A DNA stretch of 31,660 nucleotides, taken from contig CAXSGP010000054.1 in assembly GCA_964236955.1 (NCBI GenBank), forward strand, positions 1 to 31,660, read 5' to 3'. This document shows, one piece after another, positions 8,508 through 18,340 of this stretch; positions within the stretch are counted from its first letter, which is position 1, and each line of letters starts with the position of its first letter. Both the position numbers and the translations under genes were made by a program. The notes beneath the pieces are model-generated. The model was not told the origin of the DNA and ran no database searches. It saw only the letters and a list, made by a program, of their open reading frames with translations. Source of the stretch: an uncultured Oligoflexus sp. (lineage in GTDB: Bacteria > Bdellovibrionota_B > Oligoflexia > Oligoflexales > Oligoflexaceae).

Positions 8508-11500
8508 ATGATTTTATCGGATGTCTCGATTAAACGCCCCGTGTTCGCGACGATGTTGAACCTGGTGCTGGTGGTGTTTGGACTCTTTGCCTTACCGGAA
8601 CTGGCGGTCGACCAGTATCCGAACGTCGACTTTCCGGTGATTACGGCGACCGTCGTCTACCCCGGCGCCGATCCTGAAACGATAGAACAAAAGGTTTTGG
8701 AGCCTTTGGAAGAAGCGGTCAACGGTATCGCCGGCATCGACAAGGTGAGCAGTAACGCCTTTCCTAACATCGCCCAGCTGGTCCTGCAGTTCAAACTTGA
8801 AAAAAACGGCGACCAGGCGTCCCAGGAAGTGCGAGACAAGATCTTTGCTGCCTTGTCGACCCTGCCTTCTGAAGCGGAAACACCGATCATCCAGAAGTTT
8901 GATGTGGGTGGAGCACCCGTCCTGACCCTTTCCGTGTCCAATCCCAAGGCAGAATTCGGAGCATTGTCGGATCTCACCGATGACGTTATCAAACCAGCCA
9001 TCGAAAGGGTATCCGGCGTTGCGGCCGTTCAGCTTTCGGGCAGCCGTGTCCGGGAAATCCATGTTTTGGTAAACCGCAAAGAACTCTCCGGCTACGGCCT
9101 GACGCCGCAGGACGTCGTGCAATCGGTACAGTCGCAGAACGTTGATATTCCAGCTGGAAAACTCCAAAACAGTAGCCATTATTGGAATCTGCGCGTCAAG
9201 GGCCGCAGCGATACCGCCAGTCAAATCGCGAATCTACCATTGCTAAGCAACTCGGCTTCCGGACTGAGAGTGGGTAACGTTTCGCGCGTTGAGGACACTA
9301 TCGCTGATCGGGAAACGGGAGGTTACATCAATAAGCAAGAGACTATCCTGATCTCCGTGCAACGACAGTCGGGAAGCAATACGCCTCAGGTGTCGGCCGA
9401 TGTGCGGAAGGGCGTCGCCAAGCTCCTTCCACAGCTGCCTCCTGGAACCAAGGTCGATATCATCAGTGATAACTCGATCTACATCAAAGGTTCGATCGAT
9501 TCGGTAAAGCTTGACTTGGTGCTGGGTGCGCTGCTGGCAACCTTTATCGTTTTGATCTTTCTTCGCGACCCTTGGATTACCTTGATCAGTGCTATCGCCT
9601 TGCCGATTTCCGTTATCGGAACCTTTGCCTTTCTCCAGGCTATGCATTTCACCTTAAACATGATGTCGACACTGGGCCTGTCGCTTGCAATCGGAATTTT
9701 GATCGATGATGCCATCATCGTGATCGAGAATATCCATCGCCACCTGGCAATGGGAAAATCGGGAGCTGAAGCTGCCAGGGATGCTACCTCCGAGATTGGA
9801 TTGGCAGTTGTCGCTACCACCATGACGATCGTTGCCGTGTTTGTACCCGTAGCCTTCATGGAAGGTATCGTGGGTCGATTCTTCTATCAGTTTGGTCTTA
9901 CCGTCGCTTTTGCCGTTATTATCTCGCTCTTTGTGGCCTTTACGATTGCTCCTATGCTGTCGGCCCGTCTGCTAAAGCCGGGGGAGTATGAGCCTTCCAC
10001 AGAGTTTTTAAAAACCATATCTCATAAAATCGGTCACTTTTTAAGCTCACTTGATGATCTTTATCGCCGTATCCTCACCTGGTCTCTGGCCCATCGGGCC
10101 ATTACCCTGATCGCCGCATTTTTGATTTTCGTATTCAGCTTTTTACTGCTTCGCTTTGTCCCCGTGTCTTTTTTCCCAAAAGAGGACCGTGGCGAATTTA
10201 CTGTCAACTATACCCTTCCCGAAGGGACGAGTATCGAAGGTACGGCGGCTAAGTCATTTGTCATGATCGATGCGATTAAGAAATTTCCAGGCGTAAGTAA
10301 GGTCATTACCTCTTTGGCTTCGGGATCCGACAAAAAACAAAATACTGCCCGTGTCTATGTTCAGCTAGTCGATAAGCACGAACGCTCCTTTACTCAGGCC
10401 GAAATGATAGCCCGCATGCGCAACGAGTTAGCGCCACGCTTTGCCATTGAGGGCGCGGAAGTCAGCTTGGTTGAACAGGGCGGCGGTGGCGGTGGAGCCC
10501 GTTCCGAACCCATTCAGTACATTTTTCAATCCGACAATTGGGATAAGCTCGTCGCCTTTACCGAAAAAGCCAAGGCGGAGATTCCCAAGCTGGTTCCCGG
10601 AACCACCGATGTCAATACCACGCGGCCCAAAGATACCGCCGAGTATCGTATCGTCATCGATCAGGGCCGGGCCGCTGACCTCGGCATCAACACCGCACAA
10701 ATCGGGGGGGCGCTACGGGCCCTCTACGAAGGCGATAAGATCAGTGATATCGTCTCTAACGGTAAAACCGTCGATGTTATCCTCCGTATAGCCGATATCG
10801 ATCGTGTTGGGCCTACCGACCTCAGCGGTATCACGCTCAAGAACAATAGGGGCGAGCAGATCTCCCTGACTTCGATCGCCGAGATAAAACTGTCGAACTC
10901 GCCATCGACCATCGCCCGTTTCAACCGCCAGCGGCAGATTACGCTTGTATCGAACTTCACGGGCAAGGATTTGGGCAAAGCCTCGTCCCAAATCGACGAG
11001 TTTGTAGCGAAGAATATGCCGCCCGAAGTGACGCTCAATCGTGCCGGCCAAACGGAGATGATGGTGGATGCGGTCAAAGCTATTCTCAAGGCTTTGGCCA
11101 TCGCCATCCTTCTCGTCTATATGATCCTTTGTGCTCAGTATGAAAGCTTTTTGGCGCCACTCGTGATCATGGCAGCATTGCCACTGTCACTCACCGGAGC
11201 CTTTGGATCGCTGCTGGCAACGGGTCAGGTGATGTCGATTTTTACGATGATCGGTATCATTCTTTTGATGGGACTCGTCACGAAGAACGGTATTTTGCTC
11301 ATTGACTTCACCATTCAAAAAATGAATGAAGGCAAAAATACCCATGACGCCCTCATGGAAGCAGGCCCAGTACGACTGCGACCCATTCTTATGACAACGT
11401 TTGCTGCGGGCGGCGGTATGATCCCGATCGCCATCGGCCACGGCGTGGGCGGTGAATCGCGTTCGCCGATGGGTGTCGCGGTGATTGGAGGGCTTATGTT

Positions 11501-11648
11501 CTCAACTGTATTAACCCTGGTCGTCGTTCCCTGTCTATTCAGTGTCGCTGAAGACATGAAAGATAAAATCGATGCCTTTCGCCGGCACCGTAAAGCGGAC
11601 AAAACAAAAAAATCGGGCAAGATCCTGGTGCCTGAAAAGAGTTTTTAA
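8508..11648 (+). CDS. RND efflux permease (AcrB/HAE1-like)
   Basis: 1046 aa; SIKRPVFA, GILIDDAIIVIENI, LVTKNGILLID, RLRPILMT. Confidence 0.97.
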   Translation: MILSDVSIKRPVFATMLNLVLVVFGLFALPELAVDQYPNVDFPVITATVVYPGADPETIEQKVLEPLEEAVNGIAGIDKVSSNAFPNIAQLVLQFKLEKNGDQASQEVRDKIFAALSTLPSEAETPIIQKFDVGGAPVLTLSVSNPKAEFGALSDLTDDVIKPAIERVSGVAAVQLSGSRVREIHVLVNRKELSGYGLTPQDVVQSVQSQNVDIPAGKLQNSSHYWNLRVKGRSDTASQIANLPLLSNSASGLRVGNVSRVEDTIADRETGGYINKQETILISVQRQSGSNTPQVSADVRKGVAKLLPQLPPGTKVDIISDNSIYIKGSIDSVKLDLVLGALLATFIVLIFLRDPWITLISAIALPISVIGTFAFLQAMHFTLNMMSTLGLSLAIGILIDDAIIVIENIHRHLAMGKSGAEAARDATSEIGLAVVATTMTIVAVFVPVAFMEGIVGRFFYQFGLTVAFAVIISLFVAFTIAPMLSARLLKPGEYEPSTEFLKTISHKIGHFLSSLDDLYRRILTWSLAHRAITLIAAFLIFVFSFLLLRFVPVSFFPKEDRGEFTVNYTLPEGTSIEGTAAKSFVMIDAIKKFPGVSKVITSLASGSDKKQNTARVYVQLVDKHERSFTQAEMIARMRNELAPRFAIEGAEVSLVEQGGGGGGARSEPIQYIFQSDNWDKLVAFTEKAKAEIPKLVPGTTDVNTTRPKDTAEYRIVIDQGRAADLGINTAQIGGALRALYEGDKISDIVSNGKTVDVILRIADIDRVGPTDLSGITLKNNRGEQISLTSIAEIKLSNSPSTIARFNRQRQITLVSNFTGKDLGKASSQIDEFVAKNMPPEVTLNRAGQTEMMVDAVKAILKALAIAILLVYMILCAQYESFLAPLVIMAALPLSLTGAFGSLLATGQVMSIFTMIGIILLMGLVTKNGILLIDFTIQKMNEGKNTHDALMEAGPVRLRPILMTTFAAGGGMIPIAIGHGVGGESRSPMGVAVIGGLMFSTVLTLVVVPCLFSVAEDMKDKIDAFRRHRKADKTKKSGKILVPEKSF

Positions 11649-11703
11649 GGCTTAGCTGCCTAGGTCGGCCAGAGGATCGGGACCAGGAAAGCGGATAGAA
11701 AAG

Positions 11704-11740
11704 AAGAGGATCAACGTCCAGGGGCCTTGATCCTCTTTTT
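11704..11740 (+). terminator. Intrinsic terminator of RND operon (possibly bidirectional)
   Basis: AAGAGGATCAA / TTGATCCTCTT perfect 11-bp stem ending in a T run. Confidence 0.75.
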
Positions 11741-11922
11741 GCATCGGCGTGATTCCCGACGCGAGGAATTATTTGTAAAGCAAAGGTGTGGCGTCTAGAG
11801 GCTGCTCATGAGCTTTTGGAAAGGAAACCTGATGCCTGCATTATTGAGCCTGAAACTCTTGCTTGGGTTGAGATGCCTTTAGACCGTAAAAAAGGGTGCT
11901 CGTGCTTACCTCCCCCCTCAAA

Positions 11923-12939
11923 TTAAGAAGGATAGTAAGGGGCTTGTTCTGTCAAGGTATAAGGTTCAGGAATAACCAGGCTTGCAACATTTTGGTCTAT
12001 CATGGCTTGGTATGGTATTTTACCTAACTCCCACTCCCTAGCTCTTAGGAAGTGATGCTTTCCAAATACTAAAATATCCGATTTGCTTTCCTTCACGAGA
12101 TGACGAAGCTCCTCAACCGCCTGTCCAAACCGGATTTTTGGCGACCAATGCAGCCCTTCCGCGAAATCACTATCCGCTATTTTCAGACGGTCATACATCA
12201 GCTTCCTTATTTCATCCTTGATCTGCTTAAGATAAACGTCGGCCTCAAATTCTGGATTGGAAGGGAGTTTGCCCTCGATCATCGCAAGTTTAATTTTTTC
12301 GACGGTGTGGTTGATATCGCGATAACTGGTTTTTTCCACATGAAGGTGGATCAATTGTTTATAGGAAATGGAATGGCAGAGGCCGAGGGCAGCCTTCAAC
12401 GCGTATAGACCCTCTTCTTTCAAATTATCAGCTACCAAAATGTTGTGATCGCAGGTCGCAAAGTCGATCATGATGGTCAAAGGAACTATCATGACGGGAA
12501 AGCGCGAGTGGCCCATGAGCGAAAGAGCGGTGGACATTCCTCCATACCAGGGATTGGGCGTATTCGCCCGCATGCCGCAGATAATAAGTGAGGCCTTGAG
12601 TTCCGCAGCCACCAAATCCAGGGCATTTTCTGCGAATTCCCGACAAACTTGAATATCGATCAGCAGTTCCGCCGGGAGACGGTCACGAATCAGCTGCAAT
12701 CTTTGCTTGGCTTCCTCTATGTCGGAAAGATAAAGCCCTTGTTCATAAGCATCATTTGGAAGTATCGAATCTTCGCCTGTCGTCGCATAGGTGCGAAACG
12801 GTTGAATGGCATGCACTAGCATCAGCCGCGATCCGGTTTTCCTCACGAGACTCACGGCGGTTTGTATCAATTTGTCTTCTTCATCGCTTAAATCAAGACC
12901 CAGAACTATTGTCGTCTCGGAGCTGAAAAGTTCTAACAT
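11923..12939 (-). CDS. Universal stress protein (two USP domains)
   Basis: IVLGLDLS, LMLVHA, LIICG, FPVMIVP; second domain ILVAD, DILVFG, SLVIP; AGGAG RBS. Confidence 0.85.
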   Translation of the reverse strand: MLELFSSETTIVLGLDLSDEEDKLIQTAVSLVRKTGSRLMLVHAIQPFRTYATTGEDSILPNDAYEQGLYLSDIEEAKQRLQLIRDRLPAELLIDIQVCREFAENALDLVAAELKASLIICGMRANTPNPWYGGMSTALSLMGHSRFPVMIVPLTIMIDFATCDHNILVADNLKEEGLYALKAALGLCHSISYKQLIHLHVEKTSYRDINHTVEKIKLAMIEGKLPSNPEFEADVYLKQIKDEIRKLMYDRLKIADSDFAEGLHWSPKIRFGQAVEELRHLVKESKSDILVFGKHHFLRAREWELGKIPYQAMIDQNVASLVIPEPYTLTEQAPYYPS

Positions 12940-13172
12940 AGCGGCGTCTCCTGGAGAACTGAAGGTTCCCCATACATGATATCGTCTAGACCTCCCAAGC
13001 GCTAATCAATCCTCGCGAGAAGGTTCGATAAATAACAAAGATATCAAGGATATACCGACTATTTTTAAGTGCGGAATAAACTCATGATCCCCTCATAGTT
13101 CCGGGCGCAAGATTAAATCGAGCGGCATAGTCTGATGGGGATGATCCTTTCGCCTTAAAAATGGAGAAGACC

Positions 13173-13496
13173 ATGAGTTTAAGTTTTGCCAATGCGCGCC
13201 TTGAAAGAGCTTATTTTTTTAAAGTGAATCAAGAATTAATAAAAGCCATGCATGAAAGCGACAAAGTCAGGGCGGATCTTGAAGGCCCGGCGGCACCTGG
13301 CATGAAATGTCCGAAATGCGGTCATGACCTCAAGCCGACCCAGGTGGCCTCGATGCTGGTGGAGCGCTGCATGGGATGTGAGGGGGTATTCTTTGAAAAA
13401 GAGGAGTGGAATGAGCTTTTTGGTCCTCCAAAAGCTGCCGAGAGTTTTATCAGCACCCTTCATACCCTCCTGGTGGGGGAAGGCAATTCTTACTGA
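13173..13496 (+). CDS. zf-TFIIB-like zinc-ribbon protein
   Basis: MKCPKCG...VERCMGCEGVFFEKEE; GGAG RBS before ATG 13173 (alternative start 13161). Confidence 0.8.
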   Translation: MSLSFANARLERAYFFKVNQELIKAMHESDKVRADLEGPAAPGMKCPKCGHDLKPTQVASMLVERCMGCEGVFFEKEEWNELFGPPKAAESFISTLHTLLVGEGNSY

Positions 13497-13636
13497 AATC
13501 GCTATTTAGGCTTCTAGCCGGTGCCCTGATCGGCAACGGCTAAGACCTGCGCAATGAGCAGCACGAAATCATTGTCCTTTCAGAAGTCTTTTACAACAAA
13601 ATTTAAGGCGATAAGTCACGGGTAATTGGGAGAAAA

Positions 13637-13664
13637 TTAAGAATTCACTGAACTTTGCCGATAC
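13637..13664 (+). promoter_or_regulatory. sigma28 (FliA)-type promoter
   Basis: TAAG-N15-GCCGATAC versus consensus TAAA-N15-GCCGATAA, 21 bp before ATG. Confidence 0.65.
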
Positions 13665-13685
13665 GAAGGCACAAGCGAGGTGTCT

Positions 13686-15797
13686 ATGCAGCTAAACGAT
13701 TTGAACCTCAAAATTATCTCGGTGCATCCGAGTTCCGCTGTGCGTCAGCTGATGAACGCTGAGCTGCGCGGGCGCGGCTATCAGGATGTTCTTGGTGTTG
13801 CCGATCTTTCGGATGCCTTGGCATTACTTGAAGTTCAGACTATTCACTGGATCATCACCCCGCCTTTTCTCGACGCCAGAAATAATGTCTTTCAGCTTCT
13901 TCGGCTAGCCACCGAAGATATGGCCTTCATTGATCTTCGCATCTCGCTCTTGCTCGAAGAACCTATGGACTGCTATCTCTTAAGCAAGGCCTTTGACCTC
14001 GGCCTTCTTTCCTTTCATGAAAAGGTAAAAACCAAGATCGATATCGAATTTGAATTTAAAACGCTCTTTGAAAGGGAAGTCCAGCATTCGGGTTGCCTTG
14101 ACCTTGTAGCCGGCGATTATCTCCGCACATGGTTAACGCGACACGAACGTTGGCCCGATCTTCTGCGTTTTGAAAAGAGCCTTTTCCAACTGCATAGAGG
14201 CAATATCGATCTCGTCTTTAAACTCGCCGAAGCTCAGTTGAGAGCTGGGGAAAAGGCTACTGCGGCTCGGCTTCTATCGCAAATCGCGACGATTGATCCC
14301 GACAAAAGCAATGATATAGCTCTACTCTGGCAGAATTTTGAACAGGGTAATTTTGTAAAACTCACCGCGGATAAGGACGGGAACAACGAGATCCTTGGTG
14401 TCAATCGCTGTGTTATAGTCGACCCGGATCCGGCGCAGCTCACCCTCCTTCAGAATCTTCTTCTCAAGGTAGGAATTTCGAATGTGGATGCCTTCACCGA
14501 CTCACAGGAGGCCTTGAACTTTTTGGAGAAAGGCGCCAAGCCCGACATCATACTCTTCGAATGGTGCTGCCGGCCATTGCCGGGGCCTATTTTTGCGCAA
14601 AAGGTGAGAGAAATTGTTGGTTTTGCGGTACCGCTGACGGTGATCAATGTCGAACTCTCTGAAGCCGATATGCCGCTGCTTCGCGAAATGGGCGTTACCA
14701 ATCGTATCCGCAAACCCATCGAAGCCAAGACTTTTTTTAAGGACTTTCTCTGGATCGTACACCAGGATCAAACTCCTACCGAGCCTTTTTTGATTCTACA
14801 AAAAATTAAGCAGGCGATGGCCGACAGCGATTATGAGCTGCTGGCAAAGTTAACGAAGCGCTATATGGAAAGCGATAAGAGTTCGGTTTCTGACAAGAGC
14901 CTGCTCCAGGCTGAACTCTCGTATTTTCGCGGTCACTTTTCTGCCTCGCGGGATCTGGCCCTGAGTACCCTTAAAAGCGGTATGATTAATGTCGATGTTC
15001 TTAATACCCTTGGCAAATCTCTGATGAAGATGCGGGACTTCAGCACCGCACTTCGCTGCTTTGAAACTGCGCATATCGTTTCTCCGAAAAACGTCAAACG
15101 AGTCTGCAATATTGCTGAGTCTAATTTGGAAATGGGCGAAATCGAATTGTTTGAAATCAATTTAAACCAAGCTCGAGACCTCGATCCGCGCTCGACGCTC
15201 GTCACCGAAGTGGAACTTAAAGGAGCCCTGGTCCAAGGCGATGCTGTCAAAGCCCAGTCGCTGATGCAATCGCTTAAGTCCCTCCTCACGATACTGTCCT
15301 TTACGAATAACCGGGCCATATCGCTCATTCGTTGCGATCGCTTGCAGGAGGGGATCGATCTCTATCGCGAGGCACTCCAGGCCGTTCCGTCGGGACAAAT
15401 CGAAATCAAGGGCATACTCCAGTACAACCTAGCCTTGGCCTTGGCGCGTGTCAACCGCATTGAGGAATCGAAAAATGTTCTCTTGGCGGACGAAATCAGT
15501 CGCGTTCCCAAGGTAAGTAGCAAAGCGCGCAGCCTCTTTGTAAGGGTCAATAAAGCACTTTTGAGTGGAGAGAAGTTTGAGTTAAATCAGGATGGGAATG
15601 GCGGTGGCGCAACCCAGGAAGTCGAAACTAGCGAAGCACCCAGTAGCGCCTATGACGAAACCATGATGGCACTCAAAGTGGGCCCGGGAGATTTCTGTTT
15701 ACATAAGATCTTTATAGAAGCGCGTATAGAACCCAAACTCAAAGCCATAATCGATCGTCCCTTTTCCTTTAAAAGGCGGGCTTCCAAGGCATCTTGA
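13686..15797 (+). CDS. Protein with two degenerate receiver-like domains and TPR repeats
   Basis: REC-like N-terminus and central 'CVIVDPD...PDIILFEW...IRKPI'; TPR-like helices (LNTLGKSLMKMRDFSTALRCF, YNLALALAR); GAGGTG RBS. Confidence 0.75.
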   Translation: MQLNDLNLKIISVHPSSAVRQLMNAELRGRGYQDVLGVADLSDALALLEVQTIHWIITPPFLDARNNVFQLLRLATEDMAFIDLRISLLLEEPMDCYLLSKAFDLGLLSFHEKVKTKIDIEFEFKTLFEREVQHSGCLDLVAGDYLRTWLTRHERWPDLLRFEKSLFQLHRGNIDLVFKLAEAQLRAGEKATAARLLSQIATIDPDKSNDIALLWQNFEQGNFVKLTADKDGNNEILGVNRCVIVDPDPAQLTLLQNLLLKVGISNVDAFTDSQEALNFLEKGAKPDIILFEWCCRPLPGPIFAQKVREIVGFAVPLTVINVELSEADMPLLREMGVTNRIRKPIEAKTFFKDFLWIVHQDQTPTEPFLILQKIKQAMADSDYELLAKLTKRYMESDKSSVSDKSLLQAELSYFRGHFSASRDLALSTLKSGMINVDVLNTLGKSLMKMRDFSTALRCFETAHIVSPKNVKRVCNIAESNLEMGEIELFEINLNQARDLDPRSTLVTEVELKGALVQGDAVKAQSLMQSLKSLLTILSFTNNRAISLIRCDRLQEGIDLYREALQAVPSGQIEIKGILQYNLALALARVNRIEESKNVLLADEISRVPKVSSKARSLFVRVNKALLSGEKFELNQDGNGGGATQEVETSEAPSSAYDETMMALKVGPGDFCLHKIFIEARIEPKLKAIIDRPFSFKRRASKAS

Positions 15798-15802
15798 AGA
15801 AT

Positions 15803-15838
15803 TATAAAAAAAAGGCCCCAGGTTGGGACCTTTTATAA
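15803..15838. terminator. Bidirectional intrinsic terminator between convergent genes
   Basis: A-run, AAAAGGCCCCA/TGGGACCTTTT stem (one mismatch), T-run. Confidence 0.65.
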
Positions 15839-15940
15839 TCGACATCTCTTGAAGCTGGGAATTTAGCCCCTGAAAGTTCCGAGTGATCCGATCGACGACT
15901 TAAAATAGTCGTTCGCAGGGCCGTGCACGATTGAGGGCTT

Positions 15941-16768
15941 TTATTGTTTGAGAGCTGTGGCCAAAAACTTTTTGCTCGTGCTGCTATTGATATCAACATA
16001 AAACGATACAGTGATCTCGAGGCCGTCTCGATTCGTGCGGAGACCTCCACCCGAAGTAACGCCGGCAAGTTTGCCGTTAACAAAGAGTGGTCCACCGGAA
16101 TCACCAGCTCCTGATCCTACATATTCTCCTGCTTTTTCGCCATCCCGGGAGGCGCCTTCTGAGCCGGTTAAGCCACCAAAACTTAGCATGCCACCACTGT
16201 TAGCTTCAACGACGTTGGTCCCGGTCCGCTTAACGCCTGCTCCTTGGCCATCGAGAGTACCATCCGTAAGGAAGTTTTCATTATTGCCGTATCCAACGAT
16301 GGTGAAGGAAGTACCGACTGCAGGTGTAGCCGCAGCCAGAGGCGAGATCGCCGGAGCCGTATGAGCTGGAAAGGTGATAAGGGAAAGATCATAGGGGCTG
16401 ACGCCGAGCGCGTGGGAATAGCGAGGATTTCTCACAAAGCTGACGGCTTGTGCTACTGACTCCAGACTGCCACTGCGCTCCCTTGCAAAATAAATCGCCG
16501 GCTTTGCGGTATCCAAGCCCTCAACACAGTGGCCTGCCGTGATGACCTGTGAATCATTAACAAAGGTACCCGTGCAAATAGCTTCACCTTCCTGGCCCAT
16601 AATGACCAGTAATACTGTCGAGGGAAACTTGCTTTCTTGGATAGCGATCCCATTGGTTACTTTGACGGCGCTTACAGGCTTGGTGGACCGTCCGCAGGAA
16701 GCACCGAATCCAAGCGCTAAGAGGATTACTGCCAAGTGTAATAGGCCTTTACTGCCAGTGCTTCTCAT
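15941..16768 (-). CDS. Trypsin-like (S1) serine protease, lipoprotein
   Basis: Triad motifs TAGHC, YDLSL, GDSGGP; lipobox GAS-C; GGAG RBS before ATG 16768. Confidence 0.92.
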   Translation of the reverse strand: MRSTGSKGLLHLAVILLALGFGASCGRSTKPVSAVKVTNGIAIQESKFPSTVLLVIMGQEGEAICTGTFVNDSQVITAGHCVEGLDTAKPAIYFARERSGSLESVAQAVSFVRNPRYSHALGVSPYDLSLITFPAHTAPAISPLAAATPAVGTSFTIVGYGNNENFLTDGTLDGQGAGVKRTGTNVVEANSGGMLSFGGLTGSEGASRDGEKAGEYVGSGAGDSGGPLFVNGKLAGVTSGGGLRTNRDGLEITVSFYVDINSSTSKKFLATALKQ

Positions 16769-17019
16769 ATAAGGACTCCCATTTCGTAAAATATGTTGCC
16801 GACAAATGCAAACTAACTGAACTTTGACTGACTGGCCAGCAAAAAATTTATCATTCATAAAAATAAAATTTGATTATTCTTAAAAATCTATGGGGAAAGA
16901 TTTTAAAGCAATTGATTTCATAAGTCATTTTTACCAATTTAGCCTGGCAAAAATTATTTATTGAGCGGATATTTAAATCGGCGGGATGGCAGTGGCTTGG
17001 GCCTAAAGGCCCTAACGGC

Positions 17020-17361
17020 TTAGGAGGCGAAATTGAATTCTTTGGTAAATTCAGTCTTAATAAAGCGAAGCAGAGGCAATACGTCTTTCTTTACAAAATT
17101 TAAAAATTCATTCTGCAATCCTCGGTCCTTACACATCTCGATGTGATGGGCAAGTTTGGCAATGAGGGCCTGCTTCGGCCTGGAAAGTGTCGTGCTCGAT
17201 TCAACCAGCTCGAATAGGCTTTCGGTATGCGAGTAGATCTGATTCAGAGTGATATAGGTTAGCGAGCGATTGTAAGTAGGAAACTCTGGGCTCAGCAGTT
17301 CACTGAGGCTTTCTTGCAGTTTCTGATAGTGGTCCCAGATCTTACTGTCATTATCTGTCAT
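17020..17361 (-). CDS. Hypothetical helical protein
   Basis: 113-aa ORF with GGAGGAG RBS and sigma28-like promoter; no recognised motif. Confidence 0.7.
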   Translation of the reverse strand: MTDNDSKIWDHYQKLQESLSELLSPEFPTYNRSLTYITLNQIYSHTESLFELVESSTTLSRPKQALIAKLAHHIEMCKDRGLQNEFLNFVKKDVLPLLRFIKTEFTKEFNFAS

Positions 17362-17383
17362 AGACTCCTCCATTGTTGCCTTC

Positions 17384-17410
17384 TTGTCGGCAATTGATAC
17401 CGAGCCCTGA
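17384..17410 (-). promoter_or_regulatory. sigma28 (FliA)-type promoter
   Basis: TCAG-N15-GCCGACAA on minus strand, 22 bp before ATG. Confidence 0.55.
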
Positions 17411-17617
17411 GTTATTTTGACATGATGTCATTTAATTTATTCTTCAAGCTACTGATATATTGAGCTGTTTACGGGCACCCGAAGACTTACAAAATACTTG
17501 AAGAAGGAGGTTGCTCTTCGCTCCGCACGTCTTATAATTTTTTCATCCTTATGAGGTCTGCCTTGTCGTCTGCCCCTAGATGCCAATAAGACTAATGAGT
17601 AGGATGGAGAGGGTGTT

Positions 17618-18250
17618 ATGAAAGTCTTTAATTCGGTACTTGCCGGACTCATCCTGGTGTCATGCGGATTGAAAAAATTTTCTGATCAAGAATCAGCAGA
17701 AGATAGTAAGCAGGCCGAGGCGCTTGGCACATCTCTAAGATATAAGTCCGAGCTTCCCGATAACTATGCCATTAAATCAATTTGTTATGCCCAAAGTCAG
17801 GATCTGGACCATCCGGTCCAAGTCGAATCCGATGACGAGTCCGATATACGTCTTTGTGCAGTAGTCCAAAAGGATGGACATTTGGGCTTAGATGTCCGTT
17901 ATCAGGCTCATCAGAAGGCTTTTCCCTATCCCATTTTTGCCATGGTGACGCTTGAGGATGGCAAAGGCCGTAGTGCGAGCGGTATGTTTCGAATGCAGTC
18001 TAATCCGTTTTCCGGTCTTTATGAGCTTTACTTAACCGATGGCTGCCTGGTAGGCACCTTCGGTGGTTGTGCGCAGGGTTCTCAAAAGAAGATGCATCAG
18101 CTGCTCGATATTCTGGAGAATCGTGAGCGAAGCAGCAGCTTTGATGTTGGCCTCGCCTTCGTGGCGATCAACAGCGAAAGGGAATTTCAATGGGATCTCC
18201 GCAATCCATTGGCGAAAGAAAATTACCACTTTGAATTTAAAAATCTTTGA
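17618..18250 (+). CDS. Hypothetical lipoprotein
   Basis: Lipobox LVS-C; GGAG/GAGG RBS; followed by strong terminator. Confidence 0.8.
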   Translation: MKVFNSVLAGLILVSCGLKKFSDQESAEDSKQAEALGTSLRYKSELPDNYAIKSICYAQSQDLDHPVQVESDDESDIRLCAVVQKDGHLGLDVRYQAHQKAFPYPIFAMVTLEDGKGRSASGMFRMQSNPFSGLYELYLTDGCLVGTFGGCAQGSQKKMHQLLDILENRERSSSFDVGLAFVAINSEREFQWDLRNPLAKENYHFEFKNL

Positions 18251-18264
18251 GCTGTTGCCCCTGC

Positions 18265-18305
18265 AAAAAAGCCCTTCGCGATGCAATTCGCGAAGGGCTT
18301 TTTTT
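18265..18305. terminator. Bidirectional intrinsic terminator
   Basis: AAAAAAGCCCTTCGCGA-tgcaat-TCGCGAAGGGCTTTTTT perfect inverted repeat. Confidence 0.9.
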
Positions 18306-18340
18306 AAACTGGAGTGGAGCTACCTTTACAGGCGCAGCAT

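Noticed and set aside
11808..11882. 24-codon + strand ORF with GAGG upstream
   Set aside because: Lies after the terminator with no evident promoter; likely chance
13515..13542. Hairpin sharing CCCTGATCG with the 30154 hairpin as a REP family
   Set aside because: Shared word falls in the loop of one and the stem of the other; only two copies
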